A stretch of DNA of 64,000 nucleotides from Candidatus Heimdallarchaeota archaeon (lineage in GTDB: Archaea > Asgardarchaeota > Heimdallarchaeia > Hodarchaeales > Hodarchaeaceae), in assembly GCA_020353515.1 (NCBI GenBank), contig CP070695.1, forward strand, positions 4,657,414-4,721,413, read 5' to 3'. The notes below the pieces were generated by a model. That model did no database searches. It was not told the DNA's origin and was given only the letters and a program-made list of their open reading frames with translations. The stretch's first letter is position 1, and each line of letters opens with the position of its first letter. This document shows positions 51,005 to 60,071 of the stretch, in pieces. The position numbers were made by a program, and so were the translations under genes.

Positions 51005-52192
51005 CTACATAAAAAATTCAAGAAAAACTGGGATACCAACAGTCATTTGGATGAAGTCTATTAAACCAATAGTGAACGTAAATCCAAGTAGAATCATGAA
51101 TAACTTACGATCCTGGCATGGAAGAATGGTTAGACAAGCGAAAAACCACATCCAATACCATGGGAATGCAGTACTATAGATTTTAAGGAAAATTAGTAAA
51201 AGAATAAAAGGTAACCAATATATACGTTCTAATATTCCATTAAAGCTCCTCTTCATGGTTTTATCTTTCGGAAGATAACCTACCCAGAATATAACAGCTA
51301 GAATTAAAATTCCAGAAGATAAAACTGATGAAATGCTGGGATAGAATATGAAAAAGGGATTGGATGGAAGTTGGCCTGAATATTCTCCTAAATTTCCAAA
51401 TGAACTGAGGTATCTCAGTATAAAACTAGAGTAAAGAAGGGGAAATGAAAGTAGTACAATGCTGAATATCGAGGTTAAAAACCCCAGTAATGCCTGTTTA
51501 ACTAACTTCCGATCTAATATCAAGAGATAAGGAAGTACAAGAACAGAAACGTATTTCCAGTGAAATCCAATTCCAATACTCAAATAACTGACTATCTGAT
51601 ACCGATTATATAAAAATAAGGGGAGTAAGAGAAATAAGATGGTTATTGCAGTCGCTTGTCCTTCAATAGCTGAAAAAGGAATAGATAAGAGTAAGTATGA
51701 AAATGCAAATCCTTTTTCCGATAGGGTACACTCATTTTCTTCTCCTTTTCTGCTCCTTATTAAAGAATAAATAACAAAGAAATTAAATACATCAACACAC
51801 GATAAAAACCACTTTGCGATTACTGATGAAAAGGGTAAAATAGATAATCCAGCCCAGAAAAGTAATTGTATAGTAGGATAGTCATAAGTGGTGTTGGGGT
51901 AGGAATATTCCCCCGTTAGAGTATCCCTGACGTTATATAGAGGATCTATTTCCAAAGGTGTCATATCATAAACACTGAAACCATATTCCCAGAAATATTT
52001 CCCATAGAAAAGGTTTCGTTCAAAATCACTTGTTACTAAAGGAGGAATAAACAAAGCTAAAGTGAAATGAACTAAAAGGAAAAATGGAATAAGGTATTTT
52101 AATGATCCTAAATCATCTATTATAGTGAACAGATGAGAGTAACAATGATGTAACAATGATCGATTTGAGTTCTGCATAATAGAATGTTCCAA
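51005..52192 (-). CDS. GT-C/GT87-like polytopic membrane glycosyltransferase
   Basis: SDF, YDYP, EGQ, K(Y), PWYWMW and many TM segments. Confidence 0.6.
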   Translation of the reverse strand: MEHSIMQNSNRSLLHHCYSHLFTIIDDLGSLKYLIPFFLLVHFTLALFIPPLVTSDFERNLFYGKYFWEYGFSVYDMTPLEIDPLYNVRDTLTGEYSYPNTTYDYPTIQLLFWAGLSILPFSSVIAKWFLSCVDVFNFFVIYSLIRSRKGEENECTLSEKGFAFSYLLLSIPFSAIEGQATAITILFLLLPLFLYNRYQIVSYLSIGIGFHWKYVSVLVLPYLLILDRKLVKQALLGFLTSIFSIVLLSFPLLYSSFILRYLSSFGNLGEYSGQLPSNPFFIFYPSISSVLSSGILILAVIFWVGYLPKDKTMKRSFNGILERIYWLPFILLLIFLKIYSTAFPWYWMWFFACLTILPCQDRKLFMILLGFTFTIGLIDFIQMTVGIPVFLEFFM

Positions 52193-52614
52193 TAATGTTT
52201 CTTGAAAGAAATAAGTACTCTCTATGTGTTATAATGCGACCCCAACAAGGGAATTTCCCATCTAAAAGTATTTATCTCACATTGTTACATTGTGTACATC
52301 TTTTGCATTATTAACTCTTTTTACTATAGAAAAACAATAACGTCCTTTTCTATGGTTAAGAATGGAAAAAAAAAGGATAATTATGATCTAAATTGTCTGT
52401 AAGAAATTAATTATATACTTAGATCTCTTTTTGTAAATATCAATCTATATTTAACCAAAAACTCTCATGATTTCAAAGCATGTTATGTGGATATAGATTA
52501 TTGTCGGATATTTCAAATTTCAAACATTTTAAAAGGTTCAATTGATACAAACCAGGTGGGTTCCTTTGAGTAAAATTTTCCTAAAGCATTCAAGTCCTAA
52601 GGAGAAATACTACC

Positions 52615-53799
52615 CTGCCTTCAATTTATGACGCTTTCAAAGAAGGGAAATCACAAGCAGCTGATTGGAAGCAATTATTCGAAGAAACACGTTCTTTAGC
52701 TGATGCTTTCAAAGATGATTTTATTTTAAAATCTCCTGATTCTTTCGTTTTAACAAGTGAGGTCCATAAATTAAGCCAAATTTTGGGTCAAATTCTGAAT
52801 GCCTCTTCCTCAAAAGATGAATTATACTCACAGCTCATAATTATCGGGCCTCAACGAAGTGGGAAGAGTACCTCTGTTCAACAGATCGCTAATGAACTCA
52901 ATAGAAATCTTGGAGAAGATTATACGCAATACAGAGCTTATGATTCTCACTTCTGGAGTTGGTGGGAGGAAGCTGATTTTAATCCTACTCAACTCTTTTT
53001 TTTTGATAATATTTACCCTATATGGAGTCATTTAACACAACAATCCCTGAAGAATCTTACTGATCGTTCAAGGCACGAAAGGATCCTCGTTGTAACGATT
53101 TTAAACTCAATAGAACATTACTGGTTACGATTTTCTCATAAAACCTCAAGAATTAAAGTCTTTGATACAGAGCCGTTTGAATATCATTATAAACGTCCTT
53201 CTCCCCCTGAAATAGAAAATATCATCAAAAAAAGGGCCGAATGTTTGGGAAAACCAAGTTTATTTTCACCAGTAGTAGTAAACGCTATACAAAAACGCTC
53301 ATTAGGATTGCCAGGGCTAGCACTTTGGCTTACTAGAAATGTGATTTTAGATCTTGAAAACCAAGAAAAAGGAGAGATAACTCCAGGATCAATACACAAA
53401 ACAGCCCAATACTTAGGATTTGACCCTGCGTTAAAAATTATTTACGAACATGATCTCCAGTCTTCACAATCTAACGATGATAAAATCTGGCCTGAATTAC
53501 AAAAAGATAATAATATAGATTCCTCACCACTCATACAATCTCTTACACAATTAAAAAGTATTACAACTTCTTGGAAACCTTTACTCGAAGAAATGCTCCT
53601 CTTAGCGTTACAAAATAATAAAATTAAGCGGTCAGATTTACAGGAACGAACTGGAATTAAGGAATCCTCCCTCACGTATCAATGTCAAAGTCTTATAAAA
53701 GAAAAAATTATCAATTATTCGAAAAAAGGGCGGGAAGTTTTCTATCAATTAAGAACTCCTGTTAAAGAAGCTTTAGAACTCACATTATTTGCTTCTTGA
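52615..53799 (+). CDS. AAA+/P-loop ATPase with C-terminal winged HTH
   Basis: GPQRSGKST, FFFDNI, SLGLPG and C-terminal RSDLQERTGIKESSLTYQC..L...GREVFYQL. The frame is open from 52585; a CTG at 52615 follows AAGGAG. The track start at 52783 is probably too late. Confidence 0.7.
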   Translation: MPSIYDAFKEGKSQAADWKQLFEETRSLADAFKDDFILKSPDSFVLTSEVHKLSQILGQILNASSSKDELYSQLIIIGPQRSGKSTSVQQIANELNRNLGEDYTQYRAYDSHFWSWWEEADFNPTQLFFFDNIYPIWSHLTQQSLKNLTDRSRHERILVVTILNSIEHYWLRFSHKTSRIKVFDTEPFEYHYKRPSPPEIENIIKKRAECLGKPSLFSPVVVNAIQKRSLGLPGLALWLTRNVILDLENQEKGEITPGSIHKTAQYLGFDPALKIIYEHDLQSSQSNDDKIWPELQKDNNIDSSPLIQSLTQLKSITTSWKPLLEEMLLLALQNNKIKRSDLQERTGIKESSLTYQCQSLIKEKIINYSKKGREVFYQLRTPVKEALELTLFAS

Positions 53800-53805
53800 T
53801 GGTTT

Positions 53806-54888
53806 TTACTCCCCATTATTTATTGTATCTTGCGCTTGTACAACAGCTGTCCCAATACGATGAATATTTCGATGTGCTGCCCGTGGAATGGCATCTAATA
53901 ACCATAAAGTTCCCTCATTGTCAAAAATAAACTCAATATCATAATCAACCTCAAAATCTCGACGCACTTTCTTCGCAAGTTGGACAAGAGTTGTAATATC
54001 TTGTTGATTCAAAGACAGGGCATTTCTTTGCTCTGGTAAATTGTCAACGACAACCGCGTGACGAGTATTAGGGGGAATATGAGAAATTTTATGTTTGTAA
54101 GAGGCAAAAGTCTCGAGCGGTTCTCCAACCTTCTGTTCATCGACAATAAAGTGATCACAATAGATACCGTTTTTCTCCTCATGTACTTGTGTCCCCCAAT
54201 TAGCTCTAATATGGAGATCTTTGACATCATTTTTTACACTTATAACTCCACAGACTTTTGCTAAAACCATTTCCTCTACAATGATTGCAATTCTGACGTT
54301 ATCTGGAGGTAAACCAGCCTGTATTAGGTCAATAAGCACATCTGCCGTAAAAGCGGATGCCCAACAACTTTTAATAACTTGTATAATATCATGAATCTCT
54401 TTAAGATGAAAGAAAACCCCTCGACCAGAACAGATATGTCTGGAGGAGTCTTCAACATGAGCAGACGTTCTGATTACAACAGAATCTGATTTAATTATAT
54501 CTAGTAACTTATAAATCTCCTCAGCAATCGGATTTGCCATTTGCATTGGCATTGGAGAACTTATTATAGTTTCTTGAATTTCTTCAGCAGTTTCCCCTGA
54601 ATTCTCTGGAGTAGCATGAGCAATTAGATGATCTATTCGTTTTGCACCTGGCATATTATTTAAAAATCGTTTAAAAATTTTAGTTGTGATTACTACTCCT
54701 TTTGGGACATTATATCCTTTTGATAGTAGACGAGAAAGTGAACAGGCTCTTTCCCCAAAAGTTTCAGCTCTGGAATAGTCAACATCAGCTAATCTTTGGA
54801 TAGGATTTGCTTCATACATTGTTAAGATCGTTCCTACAATGTGAAAAGATTCATCAAAAGACATTGAAGAGTTTTTTTTTGAATTCAA
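53806..54888 (-). CDS. Stand-alone PEP/pyruvate-binding (PPDK N-terminal, ATP-grasp) domain protein, degenerate
   Basis: VPKGVVITT, IRTSAHVED, CWASAF, DIEF; no His or PEP domain. Confidence 0.75.
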   Translation of the reverse strand: MNSKKNSSMSFDESFHIVGTILTMYEANPIQRLADVDYSRAETFGERACSLSRLLSKGYNVPKGVVITTKIFKRFLNNMPGAKRIDHLIAHATPENSGETAEEIQETIISSPMPMQMANPIAEEIYKLLDIIKSDSVVIRTSAHVEDSSRHICSGRGVFFHLKEIHDIIQVIKSCWASAFTADVLIDLIQAGLPPDNVRIAIIVEEMVLAKVCGVISVKNDVKDLHIRANWGTQVHEEKNGIYCDHFIVDEQKVGEPLETFASYKHKISHIPPNTRHAVVVDNLPEQRNALSLNQQDITTLVQLAKKVRRDFEVDYDIEFIFDNEGTLWLLDAIPRAAHRNIHRIGTAVVQAQDTINNGE

Positions 54889-55024
54889 TCACACTATAAT
54901 GTTAGTGATGTCCAGTTTTCTTGAGAGGCTTGGAATTTATAATTCTGTCGTAATTACACAATCTAAAATAAGAAGATTCACATACTCATACATCAATATT
55001 AACTTGTTTATATTTATAAAAAAA

Positions 55025-57847
55025 TTAAGTAGGAACACTTTTTTGAATCTTGGGGGTGAAAAACCTTAACAAAAGACTATTAGTAACGACAGAAATAGAA
55101 CTCAGTGCCATAGCGGCTCCAGCAATTTCGGGAACCAGAGTGATTCCGAAAGGAATGAATAAGATGCCAGCAGCGATTGGAATTCCCACCAAATTATATA
55201 TGAAGGCCCAAAAGAGGTTCTGCTTAATTTTAGAAATGGTTTTTTTGCTTAGCTGAATACTGGCGACTACATCGCGGAGATCCTCTTTTATAAGAACAAT
55301 ATCCCCTGTTTCAATGGCCACATCTGTACCACTGCCTATAGCTATACCAATATTTGCTTGTGCTAGTGCCGGGGCATCATTTATCCCATCACCAACCATA
55401 CCAACAAATTTTCCCTTGACTTGTATTTCTTCCACAATTTTTGCTTTATTTTCTGGTAAAACTTCAGCAACGACGTTTTTGATACCTACTTGAGAAGCAA
55501 TTGCCTTCGCTGTACGTTCATTATCCCCTGTTACAAGGTATACCTCTATCCCCATCTTCTGTAATTGTACAACCACTTCTTTGCTGGTTTTTTTCAGTGG
55601 ATCAGCAATCGCAAGTAATCCGAGGAATTTGTTGTTCATTGTGGAAATGACGACAGTTTTAGCTTGGCTTTCTAATTTCTGTATATTTACTTCAAAATCA
55701 TCTAAAGATATTCCTATATTTTCAAATAATCTACGATTTCCAACAGTAATTATATCCCCATTTATTCGAGCTCGAATACCATGACCAGGAATTGCCTCAA
55801 AATCTTTGGGCTCATAGAGATCGATTCCTCTTTCTTCAGCTGTTTCAATGACAGCTTGAGCAAGAGGATGTTCAGATCCTTTTTCTGCAGAGGCTACCAA
55901 TGCCAGAATTTCATCTTCTACTTTGTCCTCCATGAGAACTATTGTATCTGTAACCTTTGGATTACCTTTCGTCAATGTACCTGTTTTATCGAATACAATT
56001 GCATCTATTTTGTGAGTACCTTCCAAAGCTTCTGCATTTTTAATAAGAATTCCTTGTTCAGCACCCTTTCCTGTGCCAACCATAATAGCAGTAGGTGTAG
56101 CTAGTCCTAGAGCACAGGGACAAGCAATTACAAGTACTGCTATCATTAGTTTAAATGGGAACACGAAACTGTTAATTTGTTGACCCCATAAAGTGGTTGG
56201 TAAAAAACCAATTAAGCCTCCGGTATACCAGAAAAAGAAGGTTAACAATGATATTACAATCACTGTTGGAACGAAACGTCCTGCTACAATATCAGCGAGT
56301 CGTTGAATCGGAGCTTTAGAAGCTTGGGCATCTTCAACAAGTTTTATGATTTGAGCTAATGCAGTGTCCGCTCCAACACGAGTAGCTTTAATGGTAAGTA
56401 ATCCATTTTTGTTGAGAGTTGCACCGATAACTTGGCTATCGATGGTTTTTTTTACAGGCATCGATTCACCAGTAATCATTGATTCATCGACAGTAGAACT
56501 TCCTTCAATAACAATTCCATCGGCAGGAATTTTCGCTCCTGGTCGAACTAATAGCAAGTCCCCAACCATTACTTCCTCGATTGGAATCTTTTCCTCTTTC
56601 CCATCACGAATTAATGTAGCTTCTTTAGCTTGTAAATCTATTAGCTTTCGAATAGCTTGAGATGTCTGTCCTTTCGCTCTTGCCTCCAAATATTTTCCTA
56701 AGAGAAGAAAAGTAATTAATAATGCAGCAGTCTCGAAAAATATTGCTTCTGGATCTTGAATTAGGATTCCAAGTATTGAATACCAAAATGCAGCATTAGT
56801 TCCTAAAAATACAAGGACATCCATGTTAAATTGTCCATGACGAAGCACTTTCACGGCACCATAATGAAATTGCCATCCTGCAACGAACATCACAGGAACG
56901 GTGAGTATCATAATTATCAAGATATGATTTGCTACTCCTGGGACCATATTTTCTGGAAAAGGTAATGGAATCGATAACCCTATCATAGGTCCCATACTAA
57001 GTATTAAAATGGGCACACTAAGGATGAGTGCCCCCAACAGTCGTAATTTTTGGAGTCGGAGCTCTCTAGCTCTTTCAAGACTTTCTTTATCTTCAGAAGT
57101 CATTCTATAAGAAGATATTTTCTTTGCTTCATACCCTACATTTTTAATAGCATCAATAATTTGATTTTCTGTAATATATCCTGGATTAAAGACTACACGA
57201 GCTTTTTCTGTTGCAAGATTGACACTTTGTTCAATAATTCCATCCTGTTTAGTCAATGCTGTTTCTATTGTATTAACGCAACTTGCACAAGTCATTCCTG
57301 AAATTGCTAGATTTACAGTATGCGAAGATCGAGATGCATCTTTAGCTCCATATCCCACGTTTTCCACTGCTGTAACTAAAGAGTCAATATTAGTTTTTCT
57401 TGGATTGTATTGAACCTGTGCTTTTTCGGTCATTAGGTTGACAGAAACGCTTTCAACCCCTTCCACCTTGTTTAGCTCATTTTCAATTGTTGAAACACAA
57501 GAAGCACATGTCATCCCTGTGATCCTTAAATTTGCTAGTTGAAGCTCAAGAGCTGGTATTTGTGTTTTAGGAATTTTTTCTATTGTATGATTGACGGCAT
57601 CTGGTGATGAGGAGGCTCGAATATCATCTACTTGCTTTATTTCCAAGGGTTCATCATCTTTTATAATTTGCATAGGTTTATTATGATGAATGGGAATATC
57701 CTGGACTCCACATTCGGGCCCCATCCAACAGACCAACCTCGTTTCATCATCAACATTTTCAATATGCATCGGTTGTTTACAATGCATTGGAACAGGTTCT
57801 GCGTAATCGCATATCTGACACTGTAACTGCTGGGGCATAAAGATCAC
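55025..57847 (-). CDS. copA: Cu(I)-exporting P1B-type ATPase with two HMA domains and an extra N-terminal Cys/His domain
   Basis: GMTCASC x2, TGES, CPC, DKTGT, SEHP, GDGIND, YN, MALSS. The likely start is ATG 57838. Confidence 0.95.
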   Translation of the reverse strand: MIFMPQQLQCQICDYAEPVPMHCKQPMHIENVDDETRLVCWMGPECGVQDIPIHHNKPMQIIKDDEPLEIKQVDDIRASSSPDAVNHTIEKIPKTQIPALELQLANLRITGMTCASCVSTIENELNKVEGVESVSVNLMTEKAQVQYNPRKTNIDSLVTAVENVGYGAKDASRSSHTVNLAISGMTCASCVNTIETALTKQDGIIEQSVNLATEKARVVFNPGYITENQIIDAIKNVGYEAKKISSYRMTSEDKESLERARELRLQKLRLLGALILSVPILILSMGPMIGLSIPLPFPENMVPGVANHILIIMILTVPVMFVAGWQFHYGAVKVLRHGQFNMDVLVFLGTNAAFWYSILGILIQDPEAIFFETAALLITFLLLGKYLEARAKGQTSQAIRKLIDLQAKEATLIRDGKEEKIPIEEVMVGDLLLVRPGAKIPADGIVIEGSSTVDESMITGESMPVKKTIDSQVIGATLNKNGLLTIKATRVGADTALAQIIKLVEDAQASKAPIQRLADIVAGRFVPTVIVISLLTFFFWYTGGLIGFLPTTLWGQQINSFVFPFKLMIAVLVIACPCALGLATPTAIMVGTGKGAEQGILIKNAEALEGTHKIDAIVFDKTGTLTKGNPKVTDTIVLMEDKVEDEILALVASAEKGSEHPLAQAVIETAEERGIDLYEPKDFEAIPGHGIRARINGDIITVGNRRLFENIGISLDDFEVNIQKLESQAKTVVISTMNNKFLGLLAIADPLKKTSKEVVVQLQKMGIEVYLVTGDNERTAKAIASQVGIKNVVAEVLPENKAKIVEEIQVKGKFVGMVGDGINDAPALAQANIGIAIGSGTDVAIETGDIVLIKEDLRDVVASIQLSKKTISKIKQNLFWAFIYNLVGIPIAAGILFIPFGITLVPEIAGAAMALSSISVVTNSLLLRFFTPKIQKSVPT

Positions 57848-57858
57848 CTTCTCCTATG

Positions 57859-58056
57859 TTAACCTGATGGCTCAATTTGCATTGGTTTGTCGTGATGAGA
57901 GGGTAAATCTTGGACTCCACATGAAGCCCCCATCCAACAGACTAATTTCTCATTTCCATCAATCTTTTCAATATGCATTGGTTGATTGCAATGAACTGGA
58001 ACAGGTTCTGTATAATCACATATTTGACATCTTAATTGCTGGGTCATTAATATCAT
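57859..58056 (-). CDS. Small Cys/His/Met metal-binding protein, putative copper chaperone
   Basis: CQIC...HCNQPMH...CWMGASC...HHDKPM; 42 of 58 residues identical to the CopA N-terminus by hand alignment. Confidence 0.8.
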   Translation of the reverse strand: MILMTQQLRCQICDYTEPVPVHCNQPMHIEKIDGNEKLVCWMGASCGVQDLPSHHDKPMQIEPSG

Positions 58057-58426
58057 CTCACTTAAATTGATTATTTGTTATTTTACATATATTAAATTCT
58101 TCATTTTTTGAATTCAAACACTTCAATTGGTTATTAATGCTTTCTTAAGATCAAACAGGCAATATTTTCTAAATGACCTAGAGTTTCTTTAGCTTAAGGA
58201 ATTATGTACTTAAAAATTAAACCTTTGATAACTCTCTGAGAAGGGAATTATATTGAGATTAGAGTGAGGGTCTGCTTTATTTCACATTAATCTGTTAGAT
58301 GTAAAAGCCTTATGTTGTTTTTTTCGTAGTATAGTTTTAATATCCATCAATCAATATAAAATATATATATTTGGAATAAATTTCACTTTTCATAACATGG
58401 AACCTAAATAAGACAAGATTTTAACG

Positions 58427-58462
58427 AAAATTAGATGAAACCTTATCTAATTTTATCTAATT
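58427..58462. promoter_or_regulatory. Inverted repeat AAAATTAGAT-N8-ATCTAATTTT with tandem TTATCTAATT, candidate CopR operator
   Basis: Perfect 10-bp arms at 58427-58436 and 58445-58454 in the divergent copR/cop intergenic region. Confidence 0.5.
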
Positions 58463-58535
58463 TATTTTGAAAATTAGCTTTAAATTTTAAAAATTATACA
58501 ATAACACACTAAATTCAGAAGGATGATGTGATTGA

Positions 58536-59138
58536 ATGGTGAAAATTGAATTGGATAATGCCGATCTAACTATTCTAAACCGTTTAAATGAGAATGGTCG
58601 AATTACTTATTCCGAGTTAGCGAATGAGCTTAATCTTACAGTTCCTACTGTGAAATCTCGCATTGATAAGTTAACAAAAATTGGAGTTATCCATCACATT
58701 GGTGTCTATTTAAATCCACATTCATTGACAAACGAGAGTGCTGCGTTAATAAAGGTTAAAGTTGATAAAGAAGAAAAGAAAGAGTTCATTAAGTTCTTAA
58801 CTTCAGTAAATGAAGTAAGAGAGGTATTTGAAGTCTTAGATGAGTTTAATCTTATGATGATAACCCAAAATCAACCACTTAATATGCACCACATTTTGTA
58901 TGAAGAAATCAAAGCTCATTCTTACGTCAAAAACGCAGAAATCAATATACTTGTGAAGGAAGTTTTCGCGAATCCTCATCGTATTCCTAAACAGAGTCAG
59001 CTCCTAAACGTTCGGTGCGAATATTGTGGTAAACAGATAAGTGAGAGTTATGAAACCGAAAAATTTGAAGAAATTCGACACTATTTTTGTTGTACAAGCT
59101 GCTTAAGGAATTACAAGAAGTGGAGAGAGTCTCAATAA
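58536..59138 (+). CDS. copR: Lrp/AsnC-family copper regulator with TRASH domain (CopR-like)
   Basis: LDNADLTIL..L.ENGR.TYSELA HTH and C-terminal CEYCGK...YFCCTSC; divergent from copA. Confidence 0.85.
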   Translation: MVKIELDNADLTILNRLNENGRITYSELANELNLTVPTVKSRIDKLTKIGVIHHIGVYLNPHSLTNESAALIKVKVDKEEKKEFIKFLTSVNEVREVFEVLDEFNLMMITQNQPLNMHHILYEEIKAHSYVKNAEINILVKEVFANPHRIPKQSQLLNVRCEYCGKQISESYETEKFEEIRHYFCCTSCLRNYKKWRESQ

Positions 59139-59190
59139 ACCTATATCATTTCTAGGAAATTTAAACCTAGTGTATATTCCGTGATTTAAC

Positions 59191-60012
59191 TCATTTTTGG
59201 AGATACCAAGCGCACGTACAATTTCTTTGCTCTGGTAACTGAGTGATAACGTCATGAAAGATTTGTTTTAGACTTGCTGCACGAGAGTTGAAAATGTCAA
59301 GAACCTCACTGTGACTAAGTTGCTTCTGGAGGCCTGCTGCCATATTTGTCACCACAGCTAAAACGCCGTAACAAATCCCAAGTTCACGACATAAAATTGC
59401 TTCGGATGAATTGGTCATACCAACCACATCCGCTCCCATTTGTTGTAGCGCTTTAATCTCAGCTGGTGTTTCGAAACGAGGGCCCATTGTAGTTGCGTAA
59501 GTTCCTGCAGTGTGTGTATCATGATCATCCTTGAGAACTTCTGAAAGAATTTTACGAATCTCGGGACAATAGGGTTCGCTCATATCAAGATGAACAACCC
59601 CTGATTTCGTTATTCCTTTCTGAAATTCAACACTAAAGTCTCCATCAAAAAAAGTTATTGGACGGACAAAATCAATAAATTGATCAAGGAGAACATAATC
59701 TCCAGGGTTTATTAAGGGTCGTAAACTACCTACTGCACTCGTGGCAATGACTTTGGGGATAGCTAATGAATGAAGAGCATATATATTAGCCTTAAAATTG
59801 ATTTTGTGAGGAGGAATGTTATGAAGACCTCCATGCCGAGGTAAAAAGAATAGAATTTTCTCCTCGAATTCTTGTTGGTAGATAGTTACAGGTTTAGAAT
59901 CAAACGGGGTAGTAATGGAGATCTTTGACGGTTCTTCTAAGAAGTCATAAAATCCTGATCCTCCAATGATACAAAATTTATTACTTGTTTCCATACCATT
60001 AAGAGTCTCCAT
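59191..60012 (-). CDS. MTAP-family purine nucleoside phosphorylase, probably 6-oxopurine/methylthioinosine type
   Basis: IIGGSG, RHG..H, SAVGSL, GPRFETPAE, VGMT; VTNMA instead of VTDYD. Confidence 0.88.
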   Translation of the reverse strand: METLNGMETSNKFCIIGGSGFYDFLEEPSKISITTPFDSKPVTIYQQEFEEKILFFLPRHGGLHNIPPHKINFKANIYALHSLAIPKVIATSAVGSLRPLINPGDYVLLDQFIDFVRPITFFDGDFSVEFQKGITKSGVVHLDMSEPYCPEIRKILSEVLKDDHDTHTAGTYATTMGPRFETPAEIKALQQMGADVVGMTNSSEAILCRELGICYGVLAVVTNMAAGLQKQLSHSEVLDIFNSRAASLKQIFHDVITQLPEQRNCTCAWYLQK

Positions 60013-60071
60013 TACGATTTGTTGGGATGTATATTTTAGAGATAATGAATTGAATGTCTAAAATTAGTTTT

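Noticed and set aside
52193-52614. Replication origin next to the AAA+/wHTH gene
   Set aside because: The region is AT-rich with one weak inverted repeat (ATAGAAAA/TTTTCTAT), but I saw no repeated ORB-like boxes and the protein is not a convincing Orc1/Cdc6.
55050-58070. Several plus-strand ORFs over copA and its upstream gene
   Set aside because: Antisense shadows with no recognisable motifs. The same applies to most short overlapping ORFs in the track (e.g. 10103, 11572, 24121, 24891, 35247, 43666).
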